A stretch of DNA of 64,000 nucleotides from Actinomycetota bacterium (GCA_050696355.1 JBOGVD010000002.1:1741-65740), one strand, 5' to 3'. Shown: positions 1 through 9,721, counted from the stretch's first letter. Made by a program: numbers and translations. Notes: generated from the letters alone by a model not told the origin.

Positions 1-803
1 TCTCCTACGCCGACCTGTACCTGCTGGGAACGACCGATCCAGCCGGCAGCCGCGGTGAGGAGGACCTCGTCGCCGTGGGTGCCCGATCGTTCACCGGCAG
101 CACGATCGACAGGACGGCCGAAGGGGTCCCGACGGGCACCGACGCGTTCGCGGGGATCACCTGGCCGCAGTTCCTGACGGCCAACGACGAGCCCACGGAA
201 CCGATCGAGTTCGGCGTCCAGAGCTGGGAAGTGCACAACACGACCGAGACGCTCGAGGTCGACGTGCTGGTCGACGCCGGGGCGGACGGGAAGTTCGCGG
301 ACCAGGAGCTGCAGGCCGACTACCTGGTCGTGAAGTTGCCCGGGGCGGGCGGCAACGTGTGCGTCTTCGACCTCGCGGTCGGCACCGACGAGTGCGCCGC
401 GCTGTACTTCGCAGACTACAGCAACTTCAACGCCAACCTCGTCGGGCTCGTGGTGGACGCGGGGGCGATCGGCCTGACCGACACGGCGCCGGAGCTCGCG
501 TATCGGGTGGAGGCGTGCACCGGCACGTTCTCCGGCGACGTCCCGGGTCTGATCTGCGACTCGGCGGGAGAGATCGACGCGGCCACCGGCACGTGGAACC
601 TGACCCTGAACGCGATCGCTCCCGCTCTCGAGATCGATCCGCTCGTGTGCCGCGGGTTCTGGGACGGCGGCGACTGCGACGCCATCAACCCGATCACGGT
701 CACGAGGGGATCGGCCGGACCGGACGACGACCCGTCGATCCTGGCCCTGTTCCCCAACGACGCGCCGCACCGGACGCCCACGGTCGTCGCGACCGACACG
801 TAA
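1..803 (+). CDS. C-terminal part of a probably secreted protein (5' end outside window), function unknown
   Basis: The frame is open from the window edge (phase of nt 3) to TAA at 801-803. GC3 is high. The protein is Asp/Gly/Thr-rich with several Cys and no catalytic motif I recognise. A hairpin at 820-842 follows. Confidence 0.6.
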   Translation, partial: SYADLYLLGTTDPAGSRGEEDLVAVGARSFTGSTIDRTAEGVPTGTDAFAGITWPQFLTANDEPTEPIEFGVQSWEVHNTTETLEVDVLVDAGADGKFADQELQADYLVVKLPGAGGNVCVFDLAVGTDECAALYFADYSNFNANLVGLVVDAGAIGLTDTAPELAYRVEACTGTFSGDVPGLICDSAGEIDAATGTWNLTLNAIAPALEIDPLVCRGFWDGGDCDAINPITVTRGSAGPDDDPSILALFPNDAPHRTPTVVATDT

Positions 804-819
804 ACCAAAGTCGCGACCC

Positions 820-842
820 GGGAACGGCCTCCGGCCGTTCCC
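820..842. terminator. GC-rich hairpin between convergent genes (possible bidirectional terminator)
   Basis: GGGAACGGCC-tcc-GGCCGTTCCC forms a perfect 10-bp stem with a 3-nt loop. It lies between the stops at 803 (+) and 899 (-). There is no clear U-tract. Confidence 0.45.
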
Positions 843-898
843 AGGCCGCCCCCATCCCGCCGTCCACCACGGATGGCGTCGTCGCTCCCTCGCGGTGG

Positions 899-1471
899 CT
901 ACCGGGTGAGCGGCGGGATCGTGCGGCCGGCCGCGGAGTGTTCGATCAGGGTCGCGAGGCGTCGTTCCCGTGTGTTCTCGCGCTTCGCGGTCATGATCCA
1001 TCGGATCGCCGCCTGCCGGTACCAGGGCGGCCTCGCCGCGAAGTCGGCCCAGGCGTCCTTCTCCGCGCGGAAGCGCCTCTCGTAGGCAGGGTCGAGCGTC
1101 GCCTCCGCTCGCCGTTCGTACGAGTAGATCCCCGAGCGGTCCTCGCGACGCGCCTCGAACGCGGCCTCGCCCGCCGGACGCATGCGTCCCTGCTCCCTGA
1201 GTGCCGCCGCCCGGGCGATGTTCACGGCGCTCCAGATGCTCCCCACCCGCCTGGGGCTGAAGCGGATCGTGTACCGCTCGTCGTCGATGCGCTCGCGGAC
1301 CCCGTCGATCCAGCCGAAGCAGAGCGCCTCGTCGACGGACTCCGGCCACGTCATGCTCGCTCTGCCGGAAGCCTTCTTGTAGTAGCCGACCCAGAGCTCC
1401 CGCTCGGTGTCGTGATCCTTCTCCAGCCACGAGCGGAAGTCCTCGGGCCGCTCGAAGGTTGTCGGTTCCAT
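899..1471 (-). CDS. YdeI/OmpD-associated family protein (DUF1801-like)
   Basis: These are the last 190 codons of the 899..4075 ORF, starting at ATG (cat at 1469-1471). The sequence MEPTTFERPEDFRSWLEKDH...WVGYYKK...CFGWIDG...RFSPRR is typical of the YdeI family. Confidence 0.8.
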   Translation of the reverse strand: MEPTTFERPEDFRSWLEKDHDTERELWVGYYKKASGRASMTWPESVDEALCFGWIDGVRERIDDERYTIRFSPRRVGSIWSAVNIARAAALREQGRMRPAGEAAFEARREDRSGIYSYERRAEATLDPAYERRFRAEKDAWADFAARPPWYRQAAIRWIMTAKRENTRERRLATLIEHSAAGRTIPPLTR

Positions 1472-1522
1472 GAGCCCTGGGTCTCCCGGCGCCGCCCTCG
1501 GAGGGGGTCGGCGGCCACCCCT

Positions 1523-4342
1523 ATGCTGAGCCCCATGCAGTGCCAGTTCTGCGGGCACCCTCTCCCGGAGGACGCCCGCTTCTGCCCGAACTGCGGCACG
1601 CCCGTGTCCACCTCCCTCCAGACCGAGGAGCGGAAGATGGTCTCGGTCGTATTCGCGGACCTCGTCGACTCCACCGGCCTCGCGCAGCGCTTGGACCCCG
1701 AGCGGGCCCGAGGGGTGCTCGGCGGGTTCTTCGACGCCGCGAGCGAGGAGCTGCGGGCGCTCCGCGGCCATCCGGAGAAGTTCATCGGCGACGCCGTGAT
1801 GGCCGTGTTCGGACTGCCCCAGGTCCACGAGGACGACGCGGTGCGAGCGGTCCGAGCGGGCCTCGCGATCCGCGATCGGATGCACCGCCTCCAGCACTCC
1901 CTCGGGCTCGAAGAGCCGCTCGAGATCCGGGTGGGCGTCGAGACCGGTGAGGCGGCGACGGGCGTCGGCCCCACCGGCCAGCTCCTCGTGACCGGGCAGG
2001 TCGTGAACGCCGCGGCCCGCCTGCAGACCGCCGCGCAACCCGGAGAGGTGCTCGTCGGCGCCACCACTCACGCACTGACCAAGGACGCCGTCTCGTTCGG
2101 TCCCGATCAGCAGATCGAGGCGAAGGGATTCGCTACCGCGATCACCGCGTACCCGGTGGTCCAGCTCACCACACGATCGGCCCGGCGCACGATCCCGTTC
2201 GTGGGGCGATCCAACGAGCTCGACATCCTCCGCGGCAGCCTCGCCAGGGTGAACGCCACGTCCACCCCGATCCTCGTCTCGCTCCTCGGTGAGCCGGGGG
2301 TGGGCAAGTCGCGGCTCGTCGACGAGTTGCTCGCCGGCCTCGGACCCGAGGTCACGGTCCTGCGCGGCCGCGCGCAGTCCTACGGCGACACCGCGACCTT
2401 CGCCCCCGTCACCGCGATCGTCCAGGAGCTCTCCGGCATCGAGGACGACATGGATCCGGACGAGGCCGCCCGCCGGCTCCGCGAGATCGTCGACGGCTGC
2501 TGCGAGCCCAGCGAGGCGCAGCGGATCGCCGGCCGGCTCGGGCTCACGATCGGACTCGGCGTGCCGAAGCACGAGGAATCGGTCTTCGTCCAGGACGTGC
2601 AGAGCGGCTTCCTGTCCCTGGTCGAGGGGCTCGCCGCGCGCGGGCCCGTGGTGCTCGTGTTCGAAGACGTGCACATGCTCCGCTCGCCGATGCTCGACCT
2701 GATCGAGCGGGTGCCGGCCACCACGAGGAGAGCGCCCCAGCGCTCGCTCACGATCGCCCTCGGCCGTCCGGAGCTGCTCGAGGAGCGCCCCAGCTGGGGC
2801 TCCGGCGCGGTGAACGCGGTCACGCTGCGGCTCGACCCGCTTCCGGAGACCGAGGCCGTGGAGCTCGTCCGCGAAGCGGCGGGCGGCCGCATCGCCGACG
2901 CCGAGACCGCCGAGATCGCCAGCCGCACGGGGGGCAACCCGTTCTTCATCGTGGAGACCACCGGGATGGTCCTGCGGTCTCGGCAGGACGGCGCCGCGAC
3001 CTCCGGCCGGGCGCTCCCGCCGACCGTGCAGGCGGTCGTCGCCGCGCGCCTGGACAGCCTTCGCCACCGGCTGCGGGACCTGGCTCGCCGCGCGTCCGTC
3101 TTCATCTTCTCCTTCGACCAGGAGGAGCTCTCGACCGTCTCGGACGCCACGACCGACGACCTGCAGGGCCTGGAGGAAGCGGAGATCCTGGTGCGCGAGG
3201 AGGGCGGACGGGTCCCTCGCTGGCGGTTCCGTCACGAGACGGTCCGTGAGGTCGCCTATTCGAGCCTCCCCAAGCGAGAGCGGAGGAACCTGCACGAGCT
3301 GATCGCGGATGCGCTGATGGAATCGGGGCACCGCTCGTACGCGGCCGACCACCTGGAACGGGCCGCCCTCGCCTCGCTGGACCTCGACCCCGCGGATCGC
3401 CGCCTGCCGGACCGGGCGGTGGACGCTCTGATCCTGGCCGGCGATCGCGCCCGACGTCGGATGGAGAGCCGGCCCGCGCTGGACTACTACGGGCGCGCCC
3501 TGGCGATGGCCGGGCCGGACGACGCCTGGGGTCCGCGCGAGGCGCGGGCGCTGGCGGGCTCGGGCGAGGCGCATTACTGGCTCGGGGAATACCCGGCCGC
3601 GAGCCAGGCGCTGGCGCGCGCGGTCGAGCTCGGGGAGAAGTTCGACGATGCGTGGACGCTCGCCCTCGCCCTCCGCTACCAGGGCGACATCGCGATCAAT
3701 GTCGACGGAGACCTCGACGAAGCGGAGCGACTGTTGGCCGATTCGCTGGCCGCCGCCGGCGAGCTGGACGACGCGTGGGCGATGTCGAGGTCGCTGCTGT
3801 TCGCCGGCTGGGTGCCGTGGACCCGGGACCAGTTCGACGAGGCCAACGAGATCTGGCAGCGAGCGCTCACCCTCGCCGAGGAGCACGACGACACCTGGGC
3901 GCGTGTGCGCGCGCTGACGGCGCTGTCGATCAACCTGTCGCAGCAGCAGCAGACCGAGGAGGCGGTCCGGCTGATCGATCAGGCGCGCGAGCTCGCCGAC
4001 GAGATGGGCGACCGGTTCAGCGTGGCCGTCACGATGGTCCAGCGCGGCCGGCTCGACGAGGACCTCGGGAACCACGTCGAGGCGATCCCTCGGTTCGATC
4101 GGGCGATCGAGATCTTCAAGGAGCTCGGGGCCCGTTGGGAGATGGCGGACGCGCTCGCGGAGCGAGGGATCTCCTACCGCGACCTCGGACGGCTCGACGA
4201 AGGCGAGGATGATCTCAGGAGCGCGCTGCGGATCTCGGGCGAGCTCGGCGAGCAGCAGATCGCGGGGTGGTCAGGCCGCGCGCTCGACCGGCTGGCTCAG
4301 CTCCGGATCGAGGGGGCGGAAGAGCGTGTCACGGGGGGCTGA
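1523..4342 (+). CDS. Zinc-ribbon / class III adenylate-guanylate cyclase / P-loop NTPase / TPR multidomain signalling protein (STAND-like)
   Basis: Start is ATG 1523 (alternative 1535). Motifs: zinc ribbon CQFCGHPLPEDARFCPNCG; cyclase VVFADLVDST, KFIGDAVMAVFG, VVNAAARLQ; Walker A GEPGVGKS; Walker B VVLVFEDVH. The C-terminal ~450 aa is helical and repeat-rich (TPR-like). No HTH is seen. Confidence 0.9.
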   Translation: MLSPMQCQFCGHPLPEDARFCPNCGTPVSTSLQTEERKMVSVVFADLVDSTGLAQRLDPERARGVLGGFFDAASEELRALRGHPEKFIGDAVMAVFGLPQVHEDDAVRAVRAGLAIRDRMHRLQHSLGLEEPLEIRVGVETGEAATGVGPTGQLLVTGQVVNAAARLQTAAQPGEVLVGATTHALTKDAVSFGPDQQIEAKGFATAITAYPVVQLTTRSARRTIPFVGRSNELDILRGSLARVNATSTPILVSLLGEPGVGKSRLVDELLAGLGPEVTVLRGRAQSYGDTATFAPVTAIVQELSGIEDDMDPDEAARRLREIVDGCCEPSEAQRIAGRLGLTIGLGVPKHEESVFVQDVQSGFLSLVEGLAARGPVVLVFEDVHMLRSPMLDLIERVPATTRRAPQRSLTIALGRPELLEERPSWGSGAVNAVTLRLDPLPETEAVELVREAAGGRIADAETAEIASRTGGNPFFIVETTGMVLRSRQDGAATSGRALPPTVQAVVAARLDSLRHRLRDLARRASVFIFSFDQEELSTVSDATTDDLQGLEEAEILVREEGGRVPRWRFRHETVREVAYSSLPKRERRNLHELIADALMESGHRSYAADHLERAALASLDLDPADRRLPDRAVDALILAGDRARRRMESRPALDYYGRALAMAGPDDAWGPREARALAGSGEAHYWLGEYPAASQALARAVELGEKFDDAWTLALALRYQGDIAINVDGDLDEAERLLADSLAAAGELDDAWAMSRSLLFAGWVPWTRDQFDEANEIWQRALTLAEEHDDTWARVRALTALSINLSQQQQTEEAVRLIDQARELADEMGDRFSVAVTMVQRGRLDEDLGNHVEAIPRFDRAIEIFKELGARWEMADALAERGISYRDLGRLDEGEDDLRSALRISGELGEQQIAGWSGRALDRLAQLRIEGAEERVTGG

Positions 4343-4348
4343 TCCGGC

Positions 4349-4768
4349 TCAGGCCTCCTGCCCGCCGGCCAGCAACTCCATCAGCCTGCCGACGTACATC
4401 TCCCACCCCTCCCGGTGCAGGTCGGCGTCCGTGTCGGAGGGGAACCCCGTATGGCGAAGACGAAGGAGCGTCCCGTCGCCGTCCTCGCGGAGGTGGATCT
4501 CCACGATGGTGGATCCGGGAGGCACGTCGTCGCTGCCCTCCCATCCCCAGGTGAACACGACGCGCGTCGGCGGGTTCACCTCCACGTACTCGCCGAGCGC
4601 CACAGCGTCGGGTCCCATCCGCACGCGATAGAGCCCGCCGGGGCGGGGGTCGAGCTCTGCCCGATGCCCTTTCCAGCGCGTGTACTTCTCGGGATCCGTC
4701 AGGTAGGCGAAGACCTCGGCCGGCGTGCCTGCGACGTGCCGCTCGACATCGACGATCCGTTCAGCCAC
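4349..4768 (-). CDS. SRPBCC (AHSA1/START-like) domain protein
   Basis: 139 aa. It has the usual SRPBCC pattern (VF..LTDPEKYTRW..., TWGWEG, EGWE..L..L). Its start overlaps the stop of the upstream ArsR gene by 8 nt. Confidence 0.85.
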   Translation of the reverse strand: MAERIVDVERHVAGTPAEVFAYLTDPEKYTRWKGHRAELDPRPGGLYRVRMGPDAVALGEYVEVNPPTRVVFTWGWEGSDDVPPGSTIVEIHLREDGDGTLLRLRHTGFPSDTDADLHREGWEMYVGRLMELLAGGQEA

Positions 4769-5063
4769 GACGGTCCCGTTCGATCGTCCGGTCGAGCGCG
4801 TCGAGATCCTGCTCCCACATCTGACGCAGGAACGTCTGCAGCGGGCCGAGCGCGACCGGGTCGGCCCGGTAGATCCGCTTGGTGCCTTCCCGCCGCTCCG
4901 TGACGAGCCCCGCGGTGCGGAGGACCTTGAGGTTCTGCGAGACGGCCGGCCAGCTCACGTCGGACCTCGCCGCGATCTCGCCGGCCGAGAGCTCCCCGTT
5001 CCAGATCAAGCGCAGGATCTCGCGCCGGCGTGGGCTGCTGATGGCATCGAGTACCGCTTGCAC
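4761..5063 (-). CDS. ArsR/SmtB family transcriptional regulator
   Basis: 100 aa. The winged HTH SSPRRREILRLI...LSAGEIA...VSWPAVSQNLKVLRTAGLV...EGTKRIYR is canonical ArsR. Confidence 0.92.
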   Translation of the reverse strand: MQAVLDAISSPRRREILRLIWNGELSAGEIAARSDVSWPAVSQNLKVLRTAGLVTERREGTKRIYRADPVALGPLQTFLRQMWEQDLDALDRTIERDRRG

Positions 5064-5068
5064 GCTGG

Positions 5069-5122
5069 CTATTTAAGCATCCTCTTCGGGTTGACACCGC
5101 TATTAAGGTTCGCCTTAAATAG
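5069..5122. promoter_or_regulatory. AT-rich divergent control region with inverted repeat (candidate ArsR operator)
   Basis: CTATTTAAG (5069-5077) and its exact complement CTTAAATAG (5114-5122) flank a related half-site GCTATTAAGG (5099-5108). This is the only AT-rich patch between the divergent arsR-like (-) and SRPBCC (+) genes. Confidence 0.5.
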
Positions 5123-5152
5123 AGCGATGTCGAGGAGTCGGGAGGCACGAAC

Positions 5153-5587
5153 ATGACACGGGACGTCCTGTTGGGATCCGAGCTGCATGCGGACGCCGCA
5201 CGGGTCATCGACGCGCTCACGACGAAGGAGGGTCTGTCTTCGTTCTGGACGTCGGAATCGATCGCCGAGCCGGCGGTGGGGAGTGAGGCTCGTTTCGGCT
5301 TCGAGGGCGCTCCGGTCCCGCTGCGGATGCGCGTCGACCGCATCGAGCCGGACGAGGTCGCGTGGACGTGCCTGGGCGACTTCCCGCTGTGGGAAGAGAC
5401 GACGGTCACGTGGTCGCTGTCTCCCGAAGCTGAGCACGGAGGAACCAGGGTGCTGTTCCGTCATGCCGGGTTCCCGGACGAGCAGCCCGAGTGGGAGTTC
5501 GCCTCGATCGCGTCCACGTGGGCCGGGATCCTCGCAAGGTTGAAGGTCCTAGCGGAGACGGGCACCTCCGAGCCCTACCTCGGGTAG
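5153..5587 (+). CDS. SRPBCC (AHSA1-like) domain protein
   Basis: 144 aa. The fold-family pattern is present (GLSSFWT..., W.C.GDFP.W..T.V.W.L, W.F...STWAGIL..LK). Confidence 0.8.
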   Translation: MTRDVLLGSELHADAARVIDALTTKEGLSSFWTSESIAEPAVGSEARFGFEGAPVPLRMRVDRIEPDEVAWTCLGDFPLWEETTVTWSLSPEAEHGGTRVLFRHAGFPDEQPEWEFASIASTWAGILARLKVLAETGTSEPYLG

Positions 5588-5591
5588 TGGG

Positions 5592-6038
5592 ATGGCGATC
5601 GATGTCACCGCCCGCACGGTGATCGACCGACCTCGGGAGGACGTGGCCGCCTACGTGATCGACAACCGCAACGATCCGGTGTGGATCGGTGGGATCAGCG
5701 AATCGGAGCTGCTCGGGCAGGAGCCGATCGACGAGGGGTCGCGCGTCCGGCGCGTCGCCTCGTTCCTCGGCAAACGGATCGAGTACGTGAACGAGGTCGT
5801 GCGGCTGGAACCTGGCGCGGTGCTCGAGATGCGATCCGTGAAGAGCCCGTTCCCGATGCGGATCACATACGCGTTCGAGGACGCTCTCGGCGGGACCGAG
5901 ACGAGCGTTCGGGTCCAGGGCGAACCGGGCGGGCTGTATCGGGTCGGAGCGCCGATGATGAAGCGGGCTGTTCAGCGTTCGATCGACCAGGACGTCACGA
6001 CGTTGAAGCGGACGCTGGAGTCCGGTCGGGGACGCTAG
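5592..6038 (+). CDS. SRPBCC / polyketide cyclase-dehydrase family protein
   Basis: 148 aa. The start lies 4 nt after the previous stop. The sequence I.RPREDV..Y..D..N.P.W is a typical SRPBCC N-terminus. Confidence 0.8.
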   Translation: MAIDVTARTVIDRPREDVAAYVIDNRNDPVWIGGISESELLGQEPIDEGSRVRRVASFLGKRIEYVNEVVRLEPGAVLEMRSVKSPFPMRITYAFEDALGGTETSVRVQGEPGGLYRVGAPMMKRAVQRSIDQDVTTLKRTLESGRGR

Positions 6039-6319
6039 AGCAGCGAGGACTGTCCTCGGGCGGTCCCGCGGCCTCTCGGTCGGCCGATCGCCGGCTCTCG
6101 TTCGGCGGGATGCTCCACGAGCGCGACGACGCGAGCCGTCATGAATCTGCCGGTCCTCACCGCCCTACCCCCACGGGTGACCTCGGAGACCTCGACGACG
6201 CCCCGCCCGGTGGACACCTCCACGCGGCGGCCGGCGCGCGTGGCCTCGATCTCGTAGGTCTGCACACCGCTGCCGACGTCCACCACGATCTCGACACGGT
6301 CACCTCGCATGGCATCCAT
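6035..6319 (-). CDS. Hypothetical small protein
   Basis: This is the 3'-terminal 94 codons of the 6035..7420 ORF, from ATG (cat at 6317-6319; alternative 6308-6310). GC3 is high and it fills an otherwise empty 390-nt gap. I recognise no family. Confidence 0.4.
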   Translation of the reverse strand: MDAMRGDRVEIVVDVGSGVQTYEIEATRAGRRVEVSTGRGVVEVSEVTRGGRAVRTGRFMTARVVALVEHPAEREPAIGRPRGRGTARGQSSLL

Positions 6320-6430
6320 GATAGGCGTCGGCGAACGACGTCCCCGCCAGACTTGTTTCCGCGTTTGCCGTTTCGGCCGCGCCGGGGCCGGAGAAGGAAC
6401 GGTCGACGACCTCATCGGGAGTGAGGGTCG

Positions 6431-7216
6431 GTGCGGGCCATACGGATCGGCACCAGCGGATGGCAGTACGACGACTGGCGCGGTGAGTTCTACCCGGAGG
6501 AGCTGCCGCAGCGAGCCTGGTTGTCGTTCTACGCCGAACGGTTCGCCACCGTGGAGGTGAACAGCTCCTTCTACCGACTCCCCGAGCGCGAGACGTTCGA
6601 GCGATGGCGAACGCAGACGCCGACCGGGTTCGTCGTCACGGTGAAGGCGAGCCGGTTCATCACCCATCTCAAGCGCCTGAAGGATCCCGAGGAGCCGGTG
6701 AAGCTGCTGTGGGAGCGAGCGACCGGGCTCGGCGACCGGATCGGCCCCGTCCTGTTCCAGCTGCCTCCCCGGTTCCCCGTGGACGTCGGACGCCTGCGGC
6801 AGCTGCTGGAAGTGCTCCCGGCCGACCTGCGCCCCGCGATCGAGTTCCGCGATCCGTCCTGGTACACGGACGAGGTCTTCCTCCTGCTCGACGACGCCGG
6901 CGCCGCCCTCGTGTGGCCCGATCGGCCGGGGATGCGAGCGACGCTGCCGGTCACGGGCGAATGGCTGTACGTGCGCTTCCACCAGGGCACCGCGGCGGGG
7001 CCCGGGTACCGTCGCGACAAGCTCCGACGCTGGGCCTCGCGGATCGCGACCGCCGACGCGAAGGATGCCTTCCTCTACTTCAACAACGATCCCACCGGAG
7101 CCGCGATCCGCGACGCCCGAACGATCATCGAGCTGCTCGGGGAGGAGTTGCACCCTGGGACCGTGGTCATCCCTCGACGGCTCCGGGCGGCAAGCCCCTC
7201 GACGCCTTCCGGATGA
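6431..7216 (+). CDS. DUF72 (YecE-like) domain protein
   Basis: 261 aa. IGTSGWQYDDWRGEFYP..., F..VE.NSSFYR.P, QLPP.F and YFNND are hallmark DUF72 motifs. The start is GTG. Confidence 0.9.
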   Translation: MRAIRIGTSGWQYDDWRGEFYPEELPQRAWLSFYAERFATVEVNSSFYRLPERETFERWRTQTPTGFVVTVKASRFITHLKRLKDPEEPVKLLWERATGLGDRIGPVLFQLPPRFPVDVGRLRQLLEVLPADLRPAIEFRDPSWYTDEVFLLLDDAGAALVWPDRPGMRATLPVTGEWLYVRFHQGTAAGPGYRRDKLRRWASRIATADAKDAFLYFNNDPTGAAIRDARTIIELLGEELHPGTVVIPRRLRAASPSTPSG

Positions 7217-7435
7217 GCCCTTCCAGTACACCGACATCGATATCGTCGAGTCGCTTGAACCGGACGCAGCTCTTCCCGAGGTCCGCCTCCGGCAGCCGGT
7301 CACGGTACGCTCTCTCTCCTGGCACTGACGCGTGTCGTGAAGGGCCGCGAGGGGTACGGGTCCGCCGGGAGTCCCGGAGACGTCCCTGATGGAGAAGTCC
7401 CGGACCGGAGCACGTGACACTTGAGGAGGCGCGCG

Positions 7436-7660
7436 ATGACTACGCAGGGATCCGAGCGAGACGCGATGGAGGGTCAGCCGGAGGAGTCCGAGATGGCCGA
7501 CGAGGAACTGACCCAGAAGCCCAGCGGAGCCGACTCCCCCGAGGAAGAGAAGGCCGAGAACGAGCTCGAGCCGCTCGAGGGTGGCGCGGAAACCCTGGCC
7601 GACCTCGACGAAGATGCCGGTCAGGCGAACCGGCCGGGAACGGAACGACCGCCCGTCTGA
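7436..7660 (+). CDS. Hypothetical highly acidic small protein
   Basis: ATG 7436 is preceded by GAGGAGG (7423-7429). 74 aa, very Glu/Asp-rich, no recognisable domain. Confidence 0.5.
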   Translation: MTTQGSERDAMEGQPEESEMADEELTQKPSGADSPEEEKAENELEPLEGGAETLADLDEDAGQANRPGTERPPV

Positions 7661-7688
7661 CGGTCGTCCCGGATCGCCGAGCCGGGTC

Positions 7689-7967
7689 TCACCGGGATCG
7701 GCGGAGCGCCTCGATCAGCTCCCACTTGCCCATCCGGGAGCGACCGGGGATGCCTTCCTTCTTCGCCCGCTCGTAGAGCTGTTCGCGGGTCCGATCCTCG
7801 AGGCCGCGACCGGGGGCTCCACCCCGTCGCCTCGCGGCTGCCGCCTGGCGCCCGAGGTCCTGCCGGACCGCCTTCGGGAGCTTCGAGATGGTGCGCTTCT
7901 TCCGTGCCGTCCGCTGGGCACTCTTGATGTTCCGCTTGGCGGCGCGGACCTGCTTCGTGCTCGCCAT
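7689..7967 (-). CDS. Small basic protein with Rho-N/SAP-like C-terminal motif
   Basis: 92 aa from ATG (cat at 7965-7967). The sequence [18 protein letters not shown]...[29 protein letters not shown] resembles the Rho termination factor N-terminal domain family common in actinobacteria. Confidence 0.7.
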   Translation of the reverse strand: MASTKQVRAAKRNIKSAQRTARKKRTISKLPKAVRQDLGRQAAAARRRGGAPGRGLEDRTREQLYERAKKEGIPGRSRMGKWELIEALRRSR

Positions 7968-8075
7968 CGAGATCCACCTCCATGGATGGGTGTCCCCTTC
8001 CCTTCCTGTTCCCCTACCCGGCATCCACGACCCCGACACGGCCGGCGGTCGAGCAAGCTCGATATCGTCCGGAGG

Positions 8076-9311
8076 ATGCGGTTCGCGCCGACCGACGTGG
8101 GGTTCATCGCGGATCCGTATCGCGACTACGCGGAGCTCCGCGGTTCCGCTCCGGTCCTCTACGACGAGGCGACCGACCACTGGCTGATCTCGCGCTACCG
8201 GGACGTCGACGCACTCCTGCGGGATCGCCGGTTCGGCCGCACGTACCTCCACATGGCCACCCACGAGGAGATGGGCCGGCCCTCCCCACCGGAGTGGCAC
8301 GCCCCGTTCTGGGACCTGATCGGGGCCGGGATCCTCGACATGGAACCGCCCGATCACACGCGCGTGCGCAAGCTCGTCTCGAAGGCCTTCACCCCCAGGT
8401 TCGTCGAGGCGCTGCGGCCGCGCGTGCAGGCGATCGTCGACGACCTCGCGGACGAGGTCGCGGGCGCCGGCGAGTTCGACCTACTGCCGGCGATCGCGGA
8501 ACCGCTGCCGGTGACGGTGATCGCGGAGATGCTCGGCGTGCCGCGGACCGACCAGCATCTGCTCCGGCCGTGGTCCGGGCACATCGTGAAGATGTACGAG
8601 CTCAACCCGTCGGAGGCTGCGCAACGCGACGCGGTCCGCGCGAGCGTCGAGTTCTCCGAGTACCTCCGAGCACTCGCGCGGGAACGCCGGGCCGATCCCG
8701 GCGAGGACCTGATCTCGGGACTCGTCCACGTGATCGAGGAGGGCGAGCAGCTGACGGAGGACGAGCTCGTCGGGACGTGCGTCCTCCTGCTGAACGCGGG
8801 CCACGAGGCGACGGTGAACGCCACGCTGCTCGGCTGGTGGGCGCTGTTCCGGCACGCCGGCCGGCTGGAGGAGCTCCGCGCCGATCCGTCGCTGATCCCG
8901 ACCGCGGTCGAGGAGCTGCTACGGTTCCAGACCCCGCTGCCGATGTTCGAGCGTTGGGTGCTCGAGCCGTTCGAACTCCACGGCGTGCGCATCCCGAAGG
9001 GAGCCGAGCTGGGGTTGCTCTTCGACTCCGCGAACCGGGATCAGGAGGTCTTCGAGGACCCGGACGAGCTCCGCCTCGACCGGCGACCGAACCCCCACCT
9101 CACGTTCGGCGCCGGGATCCACTTCTGCCTCGGCGCGCCGCTCGGCAGGATGGAGCTCCAGATCTCGTTCAGGACCCTGCTGGAACGGTTCCCCGACCTC
9201 GAACCGGTCGAGGAGCCCGCCTTCCGGCCCAGCTACGTCATCCGCGGGCTCGAGGGGCTCCGGGTGCAGTCGAAGGCCTCGAGGGGCCGCGCCCGCAAGG
9301 AGGGGACGTGA
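8076..9311 (+). CDS. Cytochrome P450
   Basis: ATG 8076 follows GGAGG. Motifs: I-helix [10 protein letters not shown], ExxR (VEELLR), heme loop [13 protein letters not shown]. Confidence 0.93.
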   Translation: MRFAPTDVGFIADPYRDYAELRGSAPVLYDEATDHWLISRYRDVDALLRDRRFGRTYLHMATHEEMGRPSPPEWHAPFWDLIGAGILDMEPPDHTRVRKLVSKAFTPRFVEALRPRVQAIVDDLADEVAGAGEFDLLPAIAEPLPVTVIAEMLGVPRTDQHLLRPWSGHIVKMYELNPSEAAQRDAVRASVEFSEYLRALARERRADPGEDLISGLVHVIEEGEQLTEDELVGTCVLLLNAGHEATVNATLLGWWALFRHAGRLEELRADPSLIPTAVEELLRFQTPLPMFERWVLEPFELHGVRIPKGAELGLLFDSANRDQEVFEDPDELRLDRRPNPHLTFGAGIHFCLGAPLGRMELQISFRTLLERFPDLEPVEEPAFRPSYVIRGLEGLRVQSKASRGRARKEGT

Positions 9312-9685
9312 CGGACGGCCGGTACGAGCGTGGACGGGATCGGTTCCTCGAGGTGCACGACGAGAAGGCGCTCGCCGCGGTGGAGGGGCTCGGCGACCTC
9401 GGCCGCGCGATCGTGGAGTTCGCCTACGGTGACGTCTACACGCGGCCCGGACTCGCTCTCCGAGACCGTGAGATCGCCGCGGTCGCGGCCCTCGTGGCGA
9501 CCGGGCGGTCCTCGCAGATCCCCCAGCACCTCCGCGCCTCGCTCGAGGCCGGCGTCACGCCGGAGGAGCTGCGCGAGATCATCCTGCAGACCGCGATGAT
9601 CGCTGGGTTCCCGCCGGCCATGAACGCGATGTCGACGCTGAAGTCGGTCCTGAAGGAACGGGAGAGGGGCGAGACGGATCCGTAG
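9308..9685 (+). CDS. Carboxymuconolactone decarboxylase (CMD/AhpD-like) family protein
   Basis: GTG 9308 overlaps the P450 stop (GTGA). The pattern ...[35 protein letters not shown] is the typical CMD C-terminal pattern. Confidence 0.8.
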   Translation: MTDGRYERGRDRFLEVHDEKALAAVEGLGDLGRAIVEFAYGDVYTRPGLALRDREIAAVAALVATGRSSQIPQHLRASLEAGVTPEELREIILQTAMIAGFPPAMNAMSTLKSVLKERERGETDP

Positions 9686-9721
9686 GCGGGACGGATCGGA
9701 GCCTCGACCTGGGCGGGGCGC

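Noticed and set aside
1472-4075. Upstream ~870 codons of the 1058-aa minus-strand ORF 899..4075
   Set aside because: It is antisense to the well-supported cyclase/NTPase/TPR gene. The translation is Arg/Gly/Pro/Asp-rich low complexity, typical of shadow ORFs in GC-rich DNA. Only the last 190 codons (the YdeI-like gene) look real.
6320-7420. Upstream part of minus-strand ORF 6035..7420
   Set aside because: It is antisense to the clear DUF72 gene. Only the 3'-terminal ~94 codons lie in an otherwise gene-free gap, and those are kept as a low-confidence CDS.
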